A stretch of 64,000 nt of DNA, from the NCBI RefSeq assembly GCF_006345805.1, contig NC_043009.1, positions 38,626,001 through 38,690,000 on the forward strand, given 5' to 3'. Positions 43,775 to 55,549 of the stretch are shown in pieces (position 1 is the first letter of the stretch; each line of letters begins with the position of its first letter). The DNA is from Octopus sinensis (lineage: Eukaryota). The notes beneath the pieces are model-generated. The model made no database searches and had not been told where the DNA came from. It saw only the letters and a list, made by a program, of their open reading frames with translations. The position numbers were made by a program, and so were the translations under genes.

Positions 43775-44330
43775 TCAAGCCTAGCCAGGCTCATGGGCCC
43801 GATTTCCCGGTTTCTGTGGCGTATGTGTTCCCCCCAGCTGGACGGGAGGCCAGTCCATTGCTGCGTTACTCAAGGAACAGGAAGAAAGAGTGAGAGAAAG
43901 TTGGGGCGATAGAGTACAACAGGGGTCGCCACCAACAACTGCCGGAGCCTCGTGGAACTTTAGGTGTTTTCGCTCAATAAACACACACAACGCCCGGTCT
44001 GGGAATCGAAACCGCGATCCTCCGACCGCGAGTCCGCTGCACTAACCACTGTGCCATTGCGCCTCCACAGAAATGGAGACTCATAAGGGCTCATAAGGGC
44101 TGGTTTGCCGGTTTCAGTAGCGTATAAATTCCACACCTGGACGGGACGCCGATCCGTCGCAGGATTACTCATTTTTGCCAGCTGAGTGGACTGGAGCAAC
44201 GTGAAATGAAGTGTTTTGCTCAGGAACACAACACTTCACCCGGTCTAGGAATCGAAACCACAATCTTACGACTATGAATCCAGCACCCTAACCACTAAGC
44301 CACGTGCCTCCACAGTATTGGAACAAATAA
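43775..44330 (-). mobile_element. SINE family E (43775-44070) adjacent to SINE family B (44075-44330)
   Basis: tRNA-like heads; E carries a B-like 3' tail. Confidence 0.8.
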
Positions 44331-44700
44331 TAGTAACTACACACAGTGACCATCCTTCATCTCTCTACTTATCATATTCTTCAATAAAAATAAATACCCT
44401 TCTAATTACACTAGGGAAATTATGATTCTGTCAGCAATAGGAGTTGCATATTATTTTCAGCCTTCTAGAAAGACTATTTCAATGAGCTTAATTAATTCCC
44501 GTTCAAAGTGAATGGCGCATGATGAGAAAAGATGGTGCAGTTGTCGCTACGGTTTGCATCGAGATATTTTAAAGGTTTTATGGTACGTTGCGAGGTAATA
44601 TTTCTTAAAATATCATTTCCAAAGAAATTCCTACATTGGAAAATTTTCAGTATATATAGAAAATTTTCTAAAATTTTCTTCTTGCTTCGAAGTAAATTTA

Positions 44701-44746
<46 letters not shown>

Positions 44747-45380
44747 TCTTTATTCTTTTGCTTTTTCAGTCATTTGACAGTGGCCATGCTAGAGCATCGC
44801 CTTTAGTCGACCCAGGAATTATTCTTGGTAAGCCTAGTACTTATTCTATCGGTCTCTTTTGCAAACCGCTTAGTTACGGGGACGTAAACACACCAGCATC
44901 GGTTGTGAAGCGATGTTAGGGGGACAAACACAGGCACACAAACACATACACACACATACATACATATATATCCATATAAACGACGGATTTCTTACAGTTT
45001 CCGTCTACCATTTACTTATTTTTTTCAGCTACCTAAGTTACCACTGCAGACATGGAATACTCTTACGGTGTTTTCGTCCTTGACTCCGCTGGAAGAGAGA
45101 GCGTGAGAGTGGCCTGCACTAGCCGTCAGCTAGCACTAATTATCCGTTATGTATACTGAAGCAACGTAAATATGATGCATTTTGCCGAAGGAGACAGCTC
45201 ATCGCTCGACTCACGAAGCGACTCCCCAATTTCATGATTATGGGTCAAATAATCGAACCATTTTAACACGCACCTTGATGTACATACATACATACATACA
45301 TACATACATACATACAGACACACACACACACACACACACACCACACACACACACCACCCACACCATATATATATATATAT

Positions 45381-45430
<50 letters not shown>

Positions 45431-45432
<2 letters not shown>

Positions 45433-45801
45433 TTAATTAATCAATATAAGGGTAGCAAAAAAATTCAAGAAAAATCAAGAAAAATTTTCTGCAACCAGCG
45501 GTCAAGTGAGAAAATAGAAATAGTCACAGACTATAATATATTCAACAAAAGTATTAAGGAATGACCTTGACAGGTCGTTCAACTCACTTGAAAAGAGCAG
45601 CTTAACTCAACCTCAAAAATAGTAGTAATTCTGAAAACTAAAGTCAAATAAAAACATTTATCCTTTCAAAGTTGAAAGGGATAAATGTTTTTATTTCTCC
45701 TTTAGTTTTCAGAATTACTACTATTTTTGAGGTTTGAGTTTGGCTGCTCTTTTCAAGTGAGTTGAACGACCTGTCAAGGTCATTCCTTAATACTTTTGTT
45801 G
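45431..45801. mobile_element. Diverged relative of the 490-bp retrozyme-like unit, folded back as a ~127-bp inverted repeat (45543-45801)
   Basis: 45431-45669 aligns with attaatcaatatagggtggc...aaacatttaccct of the tandem unit. Arms 45543-45669 and 45672-45801 surround a 2-nt centre; (TA)n on both flanks. Confidence 0.8.
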
Positions 45802-45995
45802 TATATATATATATATGTATATATAGAATGGTTGTATACTGTCAATCTAACAAGAACGTGACAGTAGGGGGTACACCACCGCTGTATAGCCCTAGGAAGC
45901 ATCGAACGCCTCCTGATGGCTTTGACACATTTCTCCCTGTGTCCTTATATACATATACGAAGGAGAGACAAACACCTCCGGCTGCCGAAACTGCA

Positions 45996-46040
45996 TCTAG
46001 GGACACGTGTTTCAGGATCGTTGTCCTTCATCGGCCTAGA
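45996..46040 (-). ncRNA. Type I hammerhead ribozyme, U4C variant
   Basis: TCTAGG-CCGATGA-AGGA caacga TCCT-GAAA-CACGTG-TC-CCTAGA. Perfect 6-bp stem I, 4-bp stem II, 8-nt palindrome ACACGTGT, GUC triplet. Confidence 0.8.
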
Positions 46041-46704
46041 GTAGTAGACACCGGTCAACCGGTGATATTTGTCTCGACTCCGTAATTGTATATATCTATA
46101 CTCAGTGAAGTCTATTCACTGATCATCAAAATAAGAAATATTGAATTTCTAAATCTCTCGATTACATAGATAGATATATAGATACATACATAAATATATA
46201 TATATACACATACATATATATACATATATATGTGTGTGTGTGTGTATGTGTGTGTTACTGTGTGTGTGTGTATGTATATATATATATTATATATACGTCT
46301 TTATGTTTAGTTATAATAAAAATATGTTTACATTAATCTGATTGGTTACTCGATACTTTTGTAGAGTACAAATTTATAATTCTTATTGAGCAGAGAGAGA
46401 ACAAAAAAACATTTAGAGTTAGGGGTCAATCATGGTGACTGGCTGGACCAAGTAGTTAGACAGGAAAGCTAGGAGGAAGTGGAGATAATAAAGCATTGGT
46501 GATCCCAAAATGAAGGCGCGCGTGCGTGTGTGTATGTGAGACTGTGTGCGCGTAGATAGGTGCTGGTAAGTGTGTGGATAAGTGCTGGTAACGTGTGTAA
46601 CTGTGTGCGTCTGTAATGTGTGGGTGCTGGGAAGTAGTCAGTGCTAGTATGTGCTAGTGTGTGTTAGTGTGTGGTGTGGTGGTGTGTAGTGTGGCAGTAT
46701 TGGG

Positions 46705-46935
46705 CGTGCTGGCAGAAACGTTAGCACGCCGGGCGAAATGCTTAACGGTATTTCGTCTGCCGCTACGTTCTGCGTTCAAATTCCGCCGAGGTTGACTTTG
46801 CCTTTCATCCTTTCGGGGTCGATAAGTTAAGTACCAGTTACGCACTGGGGTCGATATAATCGACTTAATCCGTCTGTCTGTCCTTGTTTGTCCCCTCTGT
46901 GTTTAGCCCCTTGTGGGTAGTAAAGAAATAGGTAT
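46705..46935 (+). mobile_element. SINE family A inserted in PLE-derived sequence
   Basis: Near-complete copy; gtattggg on both sides (46697-46704, 46932-46939) is a possible TSD. Confidence 0.88.
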
Positions 46936-47107
46936 TGGGTGTGGGAGAAGTGAGGACGGCGTGTGGGTTTGGGGTTAGGATGAGTAGGTAGGGGTGGGAT
47001 GGGGTATGTGGGAGCGTGATGTGTGGGGTGTGGGTGGAGGGGGTATCATTGAGGGGAGGAGTGAAGAGAGGAAGTAGGTGTCAGATGAAGAGAGGGGAGG
47101 AGCGGAG

Positions 47108-47320
47108 TCAGATGAAGAGCGGAGGGGAGTTGAGTCCATATGGCGCAAAGCAGTGAAGAAAGAAGACAAATTCCTGTTCACGGCGAAGGCAGGAGTACGG
47201 AGGGCCCCTGTGCAAAGACAATCCCAATATAGACAGGTGTTGTAATGAATGACCGGTGAAGAAATCGCAGGAGACCGGGGTGTCATTGCCGAGTCTAATA
47301 TCTCGGAGGTGCTCCGCACA
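47108..47320 (-). pseudogene. C-terminal GIY-YIG endonuclease fragment of a Penelope-like element
   Basis: AEHLRDIRLGNDTPVS..GHSLQHLSILGL..RREQEFVFFLHCFAPYGLN* matches the EH..I...PVA.HF...H...E...I..L.T..P.GLN pattern of PLE termini. Confidence 0.75.
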
Positions 47321-48217
47321 TACATGCATACATAAATTCATACGTATATATATATATATATATGCACCTCTCTGTACCTATCCCGTTGTGTACGTATATT
47401 TGTATAAGCACGGATAAGCTTCGCGTTGGGTATCTTCATTGAATGGAGAATCAATTTTCATTCAAAATATTAGTCTAAAATGAAAATAATTTCAGTGAAC
47501 AGATGTCAATATTATATTTTAAATATGGACGTAATACATAAAACTTATCCGTTATATTGTACCTAATAGTAGAAAATATCTCGTGGCTACAGTAACGACC
47601 CCTACCAAGACATTGTAACACACGTTGAATGGATGAATTCAGCACATCAAATAAGGAACGAAATGATTGAAAGAAAAGTTAAAATATTTCTTGGCGACAG
47701 TTCAACAAACTATGTTTGTATTAATGATTTATTGTTAAGTTTCATTGAACTTTCGTGTTTTGCGCCATATTTAAGTTGTCTGTTTGATACGAACACCGAG
47801 AAATGAATGAAGCAGACGAGAAAACTTTTGTATAGTTTAGGTGTATAGAAATATAATATGTATATCATACTGTGTTCGTGGGCGGACAGAGAGACAGAGA
47901 GACAGAGAAACAGACACACACTATATAATGGTTTCAAATTTTGGCACAAGGCCAGCAATTTCGCAGGAGGGTGCAAGGTGATTACATCGACGCCGGTGCT
48001 AAACTGGTACTTATTTTATCGACACAGAAAAGACGAAACGCAAAGTCGATCTTGTAGGAATTTGAACTCTGACAGTGAAGATGGACGAAAAACCGGTAAC
48101 TATTTTGCCCGGCGTACTAACGGTTCTGTTAGCTCATTGTCATATATATAATAAATCCAATAATAACTCCCTCCCCCGCATACACACATTTAGAAATATT
48201 CACAAGCGCACACATAT

Positions 48218-48550
48218 ATTGAGACCTCCTTCGGTCATGACTGACCGTGGGATAGCACCTAGAAAGTTACCCTCCGAGGTAAATCTCCGGGCAAGGCTGT
48301 TTATGGAAGACCAGCTGTCGCCCATGCATACCGGCCTCCCCTCTCCACGCCACCAGTGTTATCCAAGGGAAAGATAACGGTCGATACAGCTTGGCACCTG
48401 TGACGTCGCAACTTAGTTTTACAGCTGAGTGAACTGGAGCAACGTGAAATAAAGTGTCTTGCTCAAGAACACAACATTCAGCCTGGTCCGGGATTCGAAC
48501 TCGCAACCTCACGATCATAAGTTCGACGCTGTAACTACTGAGCCATGCTG
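48218..48550 (-). mobile_element. tRNA-headed SINE with distinct tail
   Basis: Central domain shared with B/C; tail recurs at 42795-42960. Confidence 0.75.
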
Positions 48551-49597
48551 TGCATATATGCACGCACACACACACACATATATATATATGTATATATACA
48601 CACACACATACATTCAGATATAGATGCATATATATATATATGCATGTATATCTCTCTGGCTCTGTCTCTCTCTGTTACTCTCTCTCTCTCTTTCTCTAAT
48701 TATATGCATGTATGCTTGTACGTATATAGATGCATGCACACTATCAGGCACACACACATACACTCGTACACACACATTATCGGTAAGTTATTAAATAAGA
48801 GGAGAAGTCATCATATGCTGAAATTAAGTCAGAATCAATGTAAGATGGATGGCAGTTACATTTCCCTACATGAACAATTGAAAATTTCAGTTTACATTGA
48901 GAAGAAATGCGAAATAAAGACGTTATATAAGAAAAAATTTCATATTAAAAGGATTTAAAGTAGGGGGTGGTGACAGAAAAAATGGATGAGAGAAATAGAC
49001 GTTTAAAGAGAGACGTGAGAAAAATATAAGTTTAAGCTGATTAAAGAGTAAGAAGGATGAGTGTATGAGTTTTCTGTTGTTGAATGTAGTTTAATGTAAG
49101 TGATGTAGTTAAATGTAAAGCATATAGTATTGAGAGAAAGAAAGAGTGAGAAAGAGAGTGAGGGAGGAAGTTGTGACCCATGGATAGGATAACTGTAGAT
49201 GATAAGATAGATAGGAACCTCAATATGATATAAAATTAATATAATATATATACTGCGGCAGTAATGTTGAAAGGAAAAGTAGGAGTTATATTTATAAAGA
49301 GACAGAACTATTGGTTTTTTTATTGATGTACGGGGCTAGCAATTTTGAGCGGAGTGGATTTAGATGATATCAGCGATATTTAGTATTTGAATGTGAATAT
49401 ATTTTAATATTTTGGCTTCTGCGGATTTGAACTCAGAACGTTAAGGAACTGAACAAATATCACTAAGCATTTTATCTGACACTCAAACGATTCTGTAACC
49501 CCATTAAATTAATCATAATCAATGGTTTCGAATTGTTTCAAATTTTGCCAAAAGGCGAACAACTTTAGCGGGAGGAGTTTGTAGACTAGGTATTTAT

Positions 49598-49812
49598 ACC
49601 TATTTCTTTATTACCCACAAGGGGATAAACATAGATGGGACAAACAAGGACAGATATAGGTATTATGTCGATTACATCGACCCCAGTGCGTAACTGGTAC
49701 TTAATTTATCGACCCCGAAAGGATGAAAGGCAAAGTCGACCTCGGCGGAATTTGAACTCACAACGTAACGGCAGACGAGGTACCGCAAAGCATTTCCCCC
49801 GATGTGCTAACG
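49598..49812 (-). mobile_element. SINE family A
   Basis: Shared core; more decayed copies at 41540-41700, 43340-43740, 47940-48135 and 50000-50300. Confidence 0.85.
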
Positions 49813-51344
49813 CTGTACTCTTTCACCACTCTTTCTTCTGTTGGCCTGCTCGCTTAGCCAGCGGGGTGGCGTCATTCGAAGGCTAAAACAATGCGAACGC
49901 ATTGTGACCAGCGATGTGTAACAACATCTGATGGTCGGTCACGTGATCACGTGATAACGGCTAAGTTTATGTATTACGTCCATATTTAAAATATTTTAAA
50001 TACGACCTCGGTTGGATTTGAGCCTGGAGAAATGCCGCTAAGCTTTTTGTTCGACGTGCTAACAATTCCGCCCGCTTACTACCTTCAATGATTTCAAATT
50101 TTGACACGTGACCAGCTTCAGCAATTTTAAGGGAAGGAGCTAGTCAATTACATCGGCCCCAGTGGCCAAACGATACTTATTTTATCGAAAGAATGAAGGC
50201 AACGGAGACTTCGGCGGAATTTGAACTCCGAACGTAGAGACAGAAGAAATGCTACTGAATGTTTTTATCTGACATTCTTTCACGATTCCGCCATCTCGTT
50301 GCCTTAATGGAGGAGAATCTTTATTAATAAAACCTATAAACACTGTTGCTGTTTCTCTCAGAATACATTTCACGTCTCTTTTACTCTTTTACTTGTCTCA
50401 GTCATCTGACTGCGGCCATGCTGGAGCACCGCATTTGGTCGAGCAAATCGGCCCCATGACTTATTCATAGTAAGCCTAGTACTTATTATATCGGCCTCTT
50501 TTGCCGAACCGCTAACTTACGGGAACGTAAACACACCATCATCGGTTGTCAAGCGATGATGGAGGAGGGGGCAAAAATAACACACAAACATACACATATA
50601 TACATACATATATATATATACGACGGGCTTCTTTCAGTTTCCATCTACCAAATCCACTCACAAGGCTTTGGTCGGCCCGAGGCTATAGCAGAAGACACTT
50701 GGTCAAGATGCCACGCAGTGGGACTGAACCCGAAACCATGTGGTTCGTAAACAAGCTACTTACCACACAGCCACTCCAACGCCTATGTCTCTTAGTTTTT
50801 CCAAAACATTTCTTCTTTCTTTCTGTCCCCACGATATAAATTTTCACTACACCGATTTGTAGCTTTCTCATTGGCTATGGAAACTAATGAAGAAGCAGTA
50901 ACAAGGTATCAATAGATTAAATGTTAAGTCTTCAAGTTCGTATGTTATTTCAACGAGAAAATGCGTTCGTGCAAAAGCATAAACAAATTTAAGTTAAAAA
51001 AACAACTCAAACATTTGAGAGAAATTAAACGCGTTCGTATAGTTATGTGTGTTGTTAAATAAAACTGGAAACAATGAACTATAAACAAATAGATTAAAAG
51101 TATGGAAGAAAGCCGGAAAAGCAGCGTAAGGTCATTTCAAAATGTTGATAATTCAAGGTGTCACACAGGGATCATGTACTTTTTGTGTTCAGCGTCATGA
51201 AAATAATTACAAAAGGAAAAACAAAAATGACTAATTGGATATAATTAAAAAATATTTTATTCCTATATTTATTAACTTACAATACTCTATTTATTCCCAT
51301 ATTTGCAGGTTTAACTCTCATGAAACTTTTAGTACATATGTATA

Positions 51345-51600
51345 TATTATATAAAATCCGTTCTGTCTGTCTGTGTGTCTTCTAGGATCTCGGGCATCCT
51401 CCATCCGATTGCGCTCAAATTTGATATGTAGATACCGACGGTATCAGGGCGTGTATAAGTCTTGAAAAAATTACAAAAATCGATTCCAGGTGAGAATGCG
51501 ATCGATAAAACCGTGGGAACGTGCATTTGTACGCGCAAGTACATCAGCTGTTGTGATCGATACTACGCGTACGCGAGGAAAATGCACCGTGTCTCAAATT
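51345..51600 (+). mobile_element. Probable 5' fragment of a non-autonomous Helitron-type repeat
   Basis: Starts tattataaaatccgttctgtctgtctgtgtg, like the 5' end of 42411-42793; no 3' CTAG end found. Confidence 0.45.
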
Positions 51601-51814
51601 TAGGTTAAACCAGTGTTTCGCTAAGGGGAGGCCTATGAGGCGGTCGGACAAGTTGTTTTGAGAAAATTTGGTTTAAATGTTTGACAACTCAGCACCATCC
51701 ATTGGACGGGAGGTGTTTTGCTCGTATATACATGTATACATACATACATACATACATACATGCACAGACACACATATACACATACACACCCAAAAACAAG
51801 CACACACTCACACC

Positions 51815-51858
<44 letters not shown>

Positions 51859-52594
51859 CTGTCACAGATATTCACAGTAAGATCCAAAAGGCCGTGGTGA
51901 AAACAGTTTAATAATAAAGTTTATTCATAAACGTATCCCATATACTAAACCCCGTATCGAAATTACTATACAAATCCGGTATTAGCAACAAAGATTGCTT
52001 ATCATGCGATAATCCTTTCGGTGAATGAATGGTACGAGATAGGTGTTAATGTACTACGCGTGTTTCAGACGGAACATCAAACAGATAATACGTAGTTTGG
52101 GTGCTACATAAAAGTTCAATATTTTTTCTCATAGGGTACTTTCCACTTGTCAGAAGTTCTTTGGCGTACAGAATTCGCCAAGTACAAGAAAACATGCGTA
52201 CAATTCAGCAGTTAATAGTTCTTAGATGATTGTTATTTTCCTCACATGGTTACGAAACTGAAAAAAAAGGCGCCATGTTCGAAAAGTTAGAATACAAGAC
52301 GAAAGTGCGAAAGGGGAGAGGAAAAAGGGGAAAGATGAAACAAGATGAAAGTAAAAGATACAAATACTAGATAGAGTGCCGTTTGTAAATTACTTTTAGT
52401 GCTACATACAGACGCCACTACTTAAATTGAAGCTAGACAGGCGAACTAATGTCCAATATACTTATTCACAGATACATATAAAAAAAATATACATAATCCC
52501 ATCATAGGTTCCCTCACACACACACACACAGGTACTAGGTCACAATAAAATGCGCGCGTATTTGTACATATACATATGTACATATATATCTATG

Positions 52595-52627
<33 letters not shown>

Positions 52628-52930
52628 ATTTATATATACATGCATAAACGTGTATATATATATATATATATGTATATTATATATGTATTCTTTTATTCTT
52701 TTTATTTGTTTCGGTCATTTGACTGCAGCCATGCTGGAGCAACGCCTTTAGTCGAAAAATCGATCCCAGGACTCATTTTTTGTAAGCCTAGTACTTATTC
52801 TATCGATATCTTTTGCCGAAACGCTAAGTTACGGGGACGGAAACACGCCAACATCGGTAGTCAAGCGATGTTGGGGGACAAACACAAACACACACACACA
52901 TACACACATATACACACACAGACACAGACA

Positions 52931-52970
<40 letters not shown>

Positions 52971-53258
52971 CACGACGGGTTTCTTTCAGTTTCCATCTAC
53001 AAGGCTTTGGTCGGCCCGTGGCTACACTAGAAGTCACTTGCCTAAGGTACCACGCAATGGAACTGAACTCGGAACTATGCAGTTGGTAAGCAAGTCATTC
53101 GAATAAGAACTGGCAAAGATATCAGATTGTAAAAGGATATCATTTTTTTTTAAACAACCTGTATATATAAGTATATATATATAGTTAATCCAAACATGAA
53201 AACACAAAGAGAAAACACAACAACGGGAGGACGTTCAGGAAAGAAGGAAAGAAGGAGG

Positions 53259-53293
53259 GTTTTACGTTTCGAGCGGAGCTCTTCGTCAGAAAC
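53259..53293 (-). ncRNA. Minimal PLE-type hammerhead ribozyme
   Basis: GTTT-CTGACGA-A-GAGC tcc GCTC-GAA-ACGT-A-AAAC. 4-bp stem I, extra A before stem II, ACGT palindrome for a dimeric stem III, GUA triplet. Confidence 0.7.
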
Positions 53294-53922
53294 ATAAGAA
53301 AAGGAAAGATCCAAAGAAGGGAAGATGGAGGAAAACAAATCGCAAACAGTACGCACGCGGTCACATTTTGAAATATATATATATATATATATATATTATA
53401 TAAAAGGGCTTAGTAAAATAAATTACTTTGCCGCATACTGAACTCATTAGAAATAGTAGCTAAAAAAACTTTTTTAAAACTATTTCTAATACTTAAAGAA
53501 AACCTCTCTCATATAGTGTTGCTCAACTCAACTCACGAAAGTATGGGGGTAAAGACATTAAAAAATCAATGCAAAGGTTATTTGAGAACGTACGTTTCAA
53601 GATTAGTCAACTCGACATTTCTATCATCAGCTCAGAACTCCTTGGTTTGGATTTGAAAACACTGAAAGTGGGAGCACACCCTTTCGGCTTCTTATCGCTT
53701 CTGAAGATCTGCTCGAAACTAACAGTGCCAGCAAACTCAAATATGCAAGCGAAGAATTTCTGCTCTCCCCTTTCCACCAGCGTGGGTTAAAATCAGCAAA
53801 CACTATGCTTTTTTCGGTAAAATCCGAGGCATTAAATAGAGAGAGATGAATTATAATTTCAACAATTGAGGGTAAAATTAATTAATTATTAATCAATTTC
53901 ACCAAGTATTCAGTATGCAAAG

Positions 53923-53958
<36 letters not shown>

Positions 53959-54075
53959 AATCAAGGAACGGCCATAATAGGCCATTCACCCACTAGAAAT
54001 AACAGCCAAAAGCTTCAACCGCAAAATAACATCAATTCCGTAAACCAGGAGAAAATTAAAAAACATTTACCCTAA

Positions 54076-54184
54076 TATTTCTTATACGATGCACCGTTTC
54101 ATCTACTGTTTAATGGTAAACTAACCTGATTAAATTAAATCAAGCCAATCTACCATAGGCCCTTAGATTCATCAGTAAGAAATA
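54076..54184 (-). ncRNA. Type I hammerhead ribozyme, unit 1 (all three stems intact)
   Basis: TATTTCTTA-CTGATGA-ATCTA-[58 nt]-TAGAT-GAAA-CGG TGCA TCG-TA-TAAGAAATA. Stem I 9 bp, stem II 5 bp, stem III 4 bp plus UGCA loop; predicted cleavage between 54085 and 54084. Confidence 0.85.
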
Positions 54185-54566
54185 GCCAAGTCGGAACAGA
54201 TATTTTTCACGAGGCATTCCCGTCCCTGCCTCGGCAATATCTGACCTAAAATTTTCAAATCATCGCACTCGCGCCAAATTTATCGGCAGCAAATAAATAT
54301 AAGCCGCCGATTCCATTACGGAATTAACCAGAAAATTCATAATTAATCAATATAGGGTGGCAAAAAAATTTTGTAGAATTTTTTTGCCACCAGCGGCCTA
54401 GTGGGAAAAAATTAAATAGTCATAGACCATTTTTAAGTTCAACATCACAATCAAGGAACGGCCATAATAGGCCATTCACCCACTAGAAATAACAGCCAAA
54501 AGCTTCAACCGCAAAATAACATCAATTCCGTAAACCAGGAGAAAATTAAAAAACATTTACCCTGTA

Positions 54567-54673
54567 ATTTCTTATACGATGCACCGTTTCATATACTGTT
54601 TAATGGTAAACTAACCTGATTAAATTAAATCAAGCCAATCTACCATAGGCCCTTAGATTCATCAGTAAGAAAT
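54567..54673 (-). ncRNA. Type I hammerhead ribozyme, unit 2
   Basis: As unit 1 but stem I is 8 bp and the stem II 3' strand is TATAT (central mismatch); cleavage 54575/54574. Confidence 0.8.
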
Positions 54674-55055
54674 AGCCAAGTCGGAACAGATATTTTTCAC
54701 GAGGCATTCCCGTCCCTGCCTCGGCAATATCTGACCTAAAATTTTCAAATCATCGCACTCGCGCCAAATTTATCGGCAGCAAATAAATATAAGCCGCCGA
54801 TTCCATTACGGAATTAACCAGAAAATTCATAATTAATCAATATAGGGTGGCAAAAAAATTTTGTAGAATTTTTTTGCCACCAGCGGCCTAGTGGGAAAAA
54901 ATTAAATAGTCATAGACCATTTTTAAGTTCAACATCACAATCAAGAACGGCCATAATAGGCCATTCACCCACTAGAAATAACAGCCAAAAGCTTCAACCG
55001 CAAAATAACATCAATTCCGTAAACCAGGAGAAAATTAAAAAACATTTACCCTGTA

Positions 55056-55162
55056 ATTTCTTATACGATGCACCGTTTCATATACTGTTTAATGGTAAAC
55101 TAACCTGATTAAATTAAATCAAGCCAATCTACCATAGGCCCTTAGATTCATCAGTAAGAAAT
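55056..55162 (-). ncRNA. Type I hammerhead ribozyme, unit 3
   Basis: Same as unit 2; cleavage 55064/55063. Confidence 0.8.
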
Positions 55163-55549
55163 AGCCAAGTCGGAACAGATATTTTTCACGAGGCATTCCC
55201 GTCCCTGCCTCGGCAATATCTGACCTAAAATTTTCAAATCATCGCACTCGCGCCAAATTTATCGGCAGCAAATAAATATAAGCCGCCGATTCCATTACGG
55301 AATTAACCAGAAAATTCATAATTAATCAATATAGGGTGGCAAAAAAATTTTGTAGAATTTTTTTGCCACCAGCGACCTAGTGGGAAAAAATTAAATAGTC
55401 ATAGACCATTTTTAAGTTCAACATCACAATCAAGGAACGGCCATAATAGGCCATTCACCCACTAGAAATAACAGCCAAAAGCTTCAACCGCAAAATAACA
55501 TCAATTCCGTAAACCAGGAGAAAATTAAAAAACATTTACCCTATATTGA

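Larger units (their letters stand above)
53954..55542 (-). mobile_element. Tandem array of 490-bp non-coding units (3.2 copies), each with a hammerhead ribozyme: candidate non-LTR retrozyme
   Basis: Unit starts at 53954, 54444, 54934 and 55423 (490, 490, 489 bp); only a few differences between copies; (TA)n on both flanks; no ORF of 60 aa or more. Confidence 0.85.

Noticed and set aside
52120-52230. Possible exon after ttttttctcatag (frame YFPLVRSSLAYRIRQVQENMRTIQQLIVLR)
   Set aside because: No convincing donor site, all frames close quickly, and no homology is recognisable.
53695-53735. ctgaagatctgctcgaaac hammerhead-like string (similar weak hit at 25175-25215)
   Set aside because: No consistent stem II, stem III or NUH triplet; at best a decayed copy.
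53954-55542. CRISPR array, or rDNA/snRNA tandem gene interpretation of the repeat
   Set aside because: Units are 490 bp and near-identical throughout, with no spacers and no recognisable rRNA, 5S or snRNA sequence; the context is eukaryotic.
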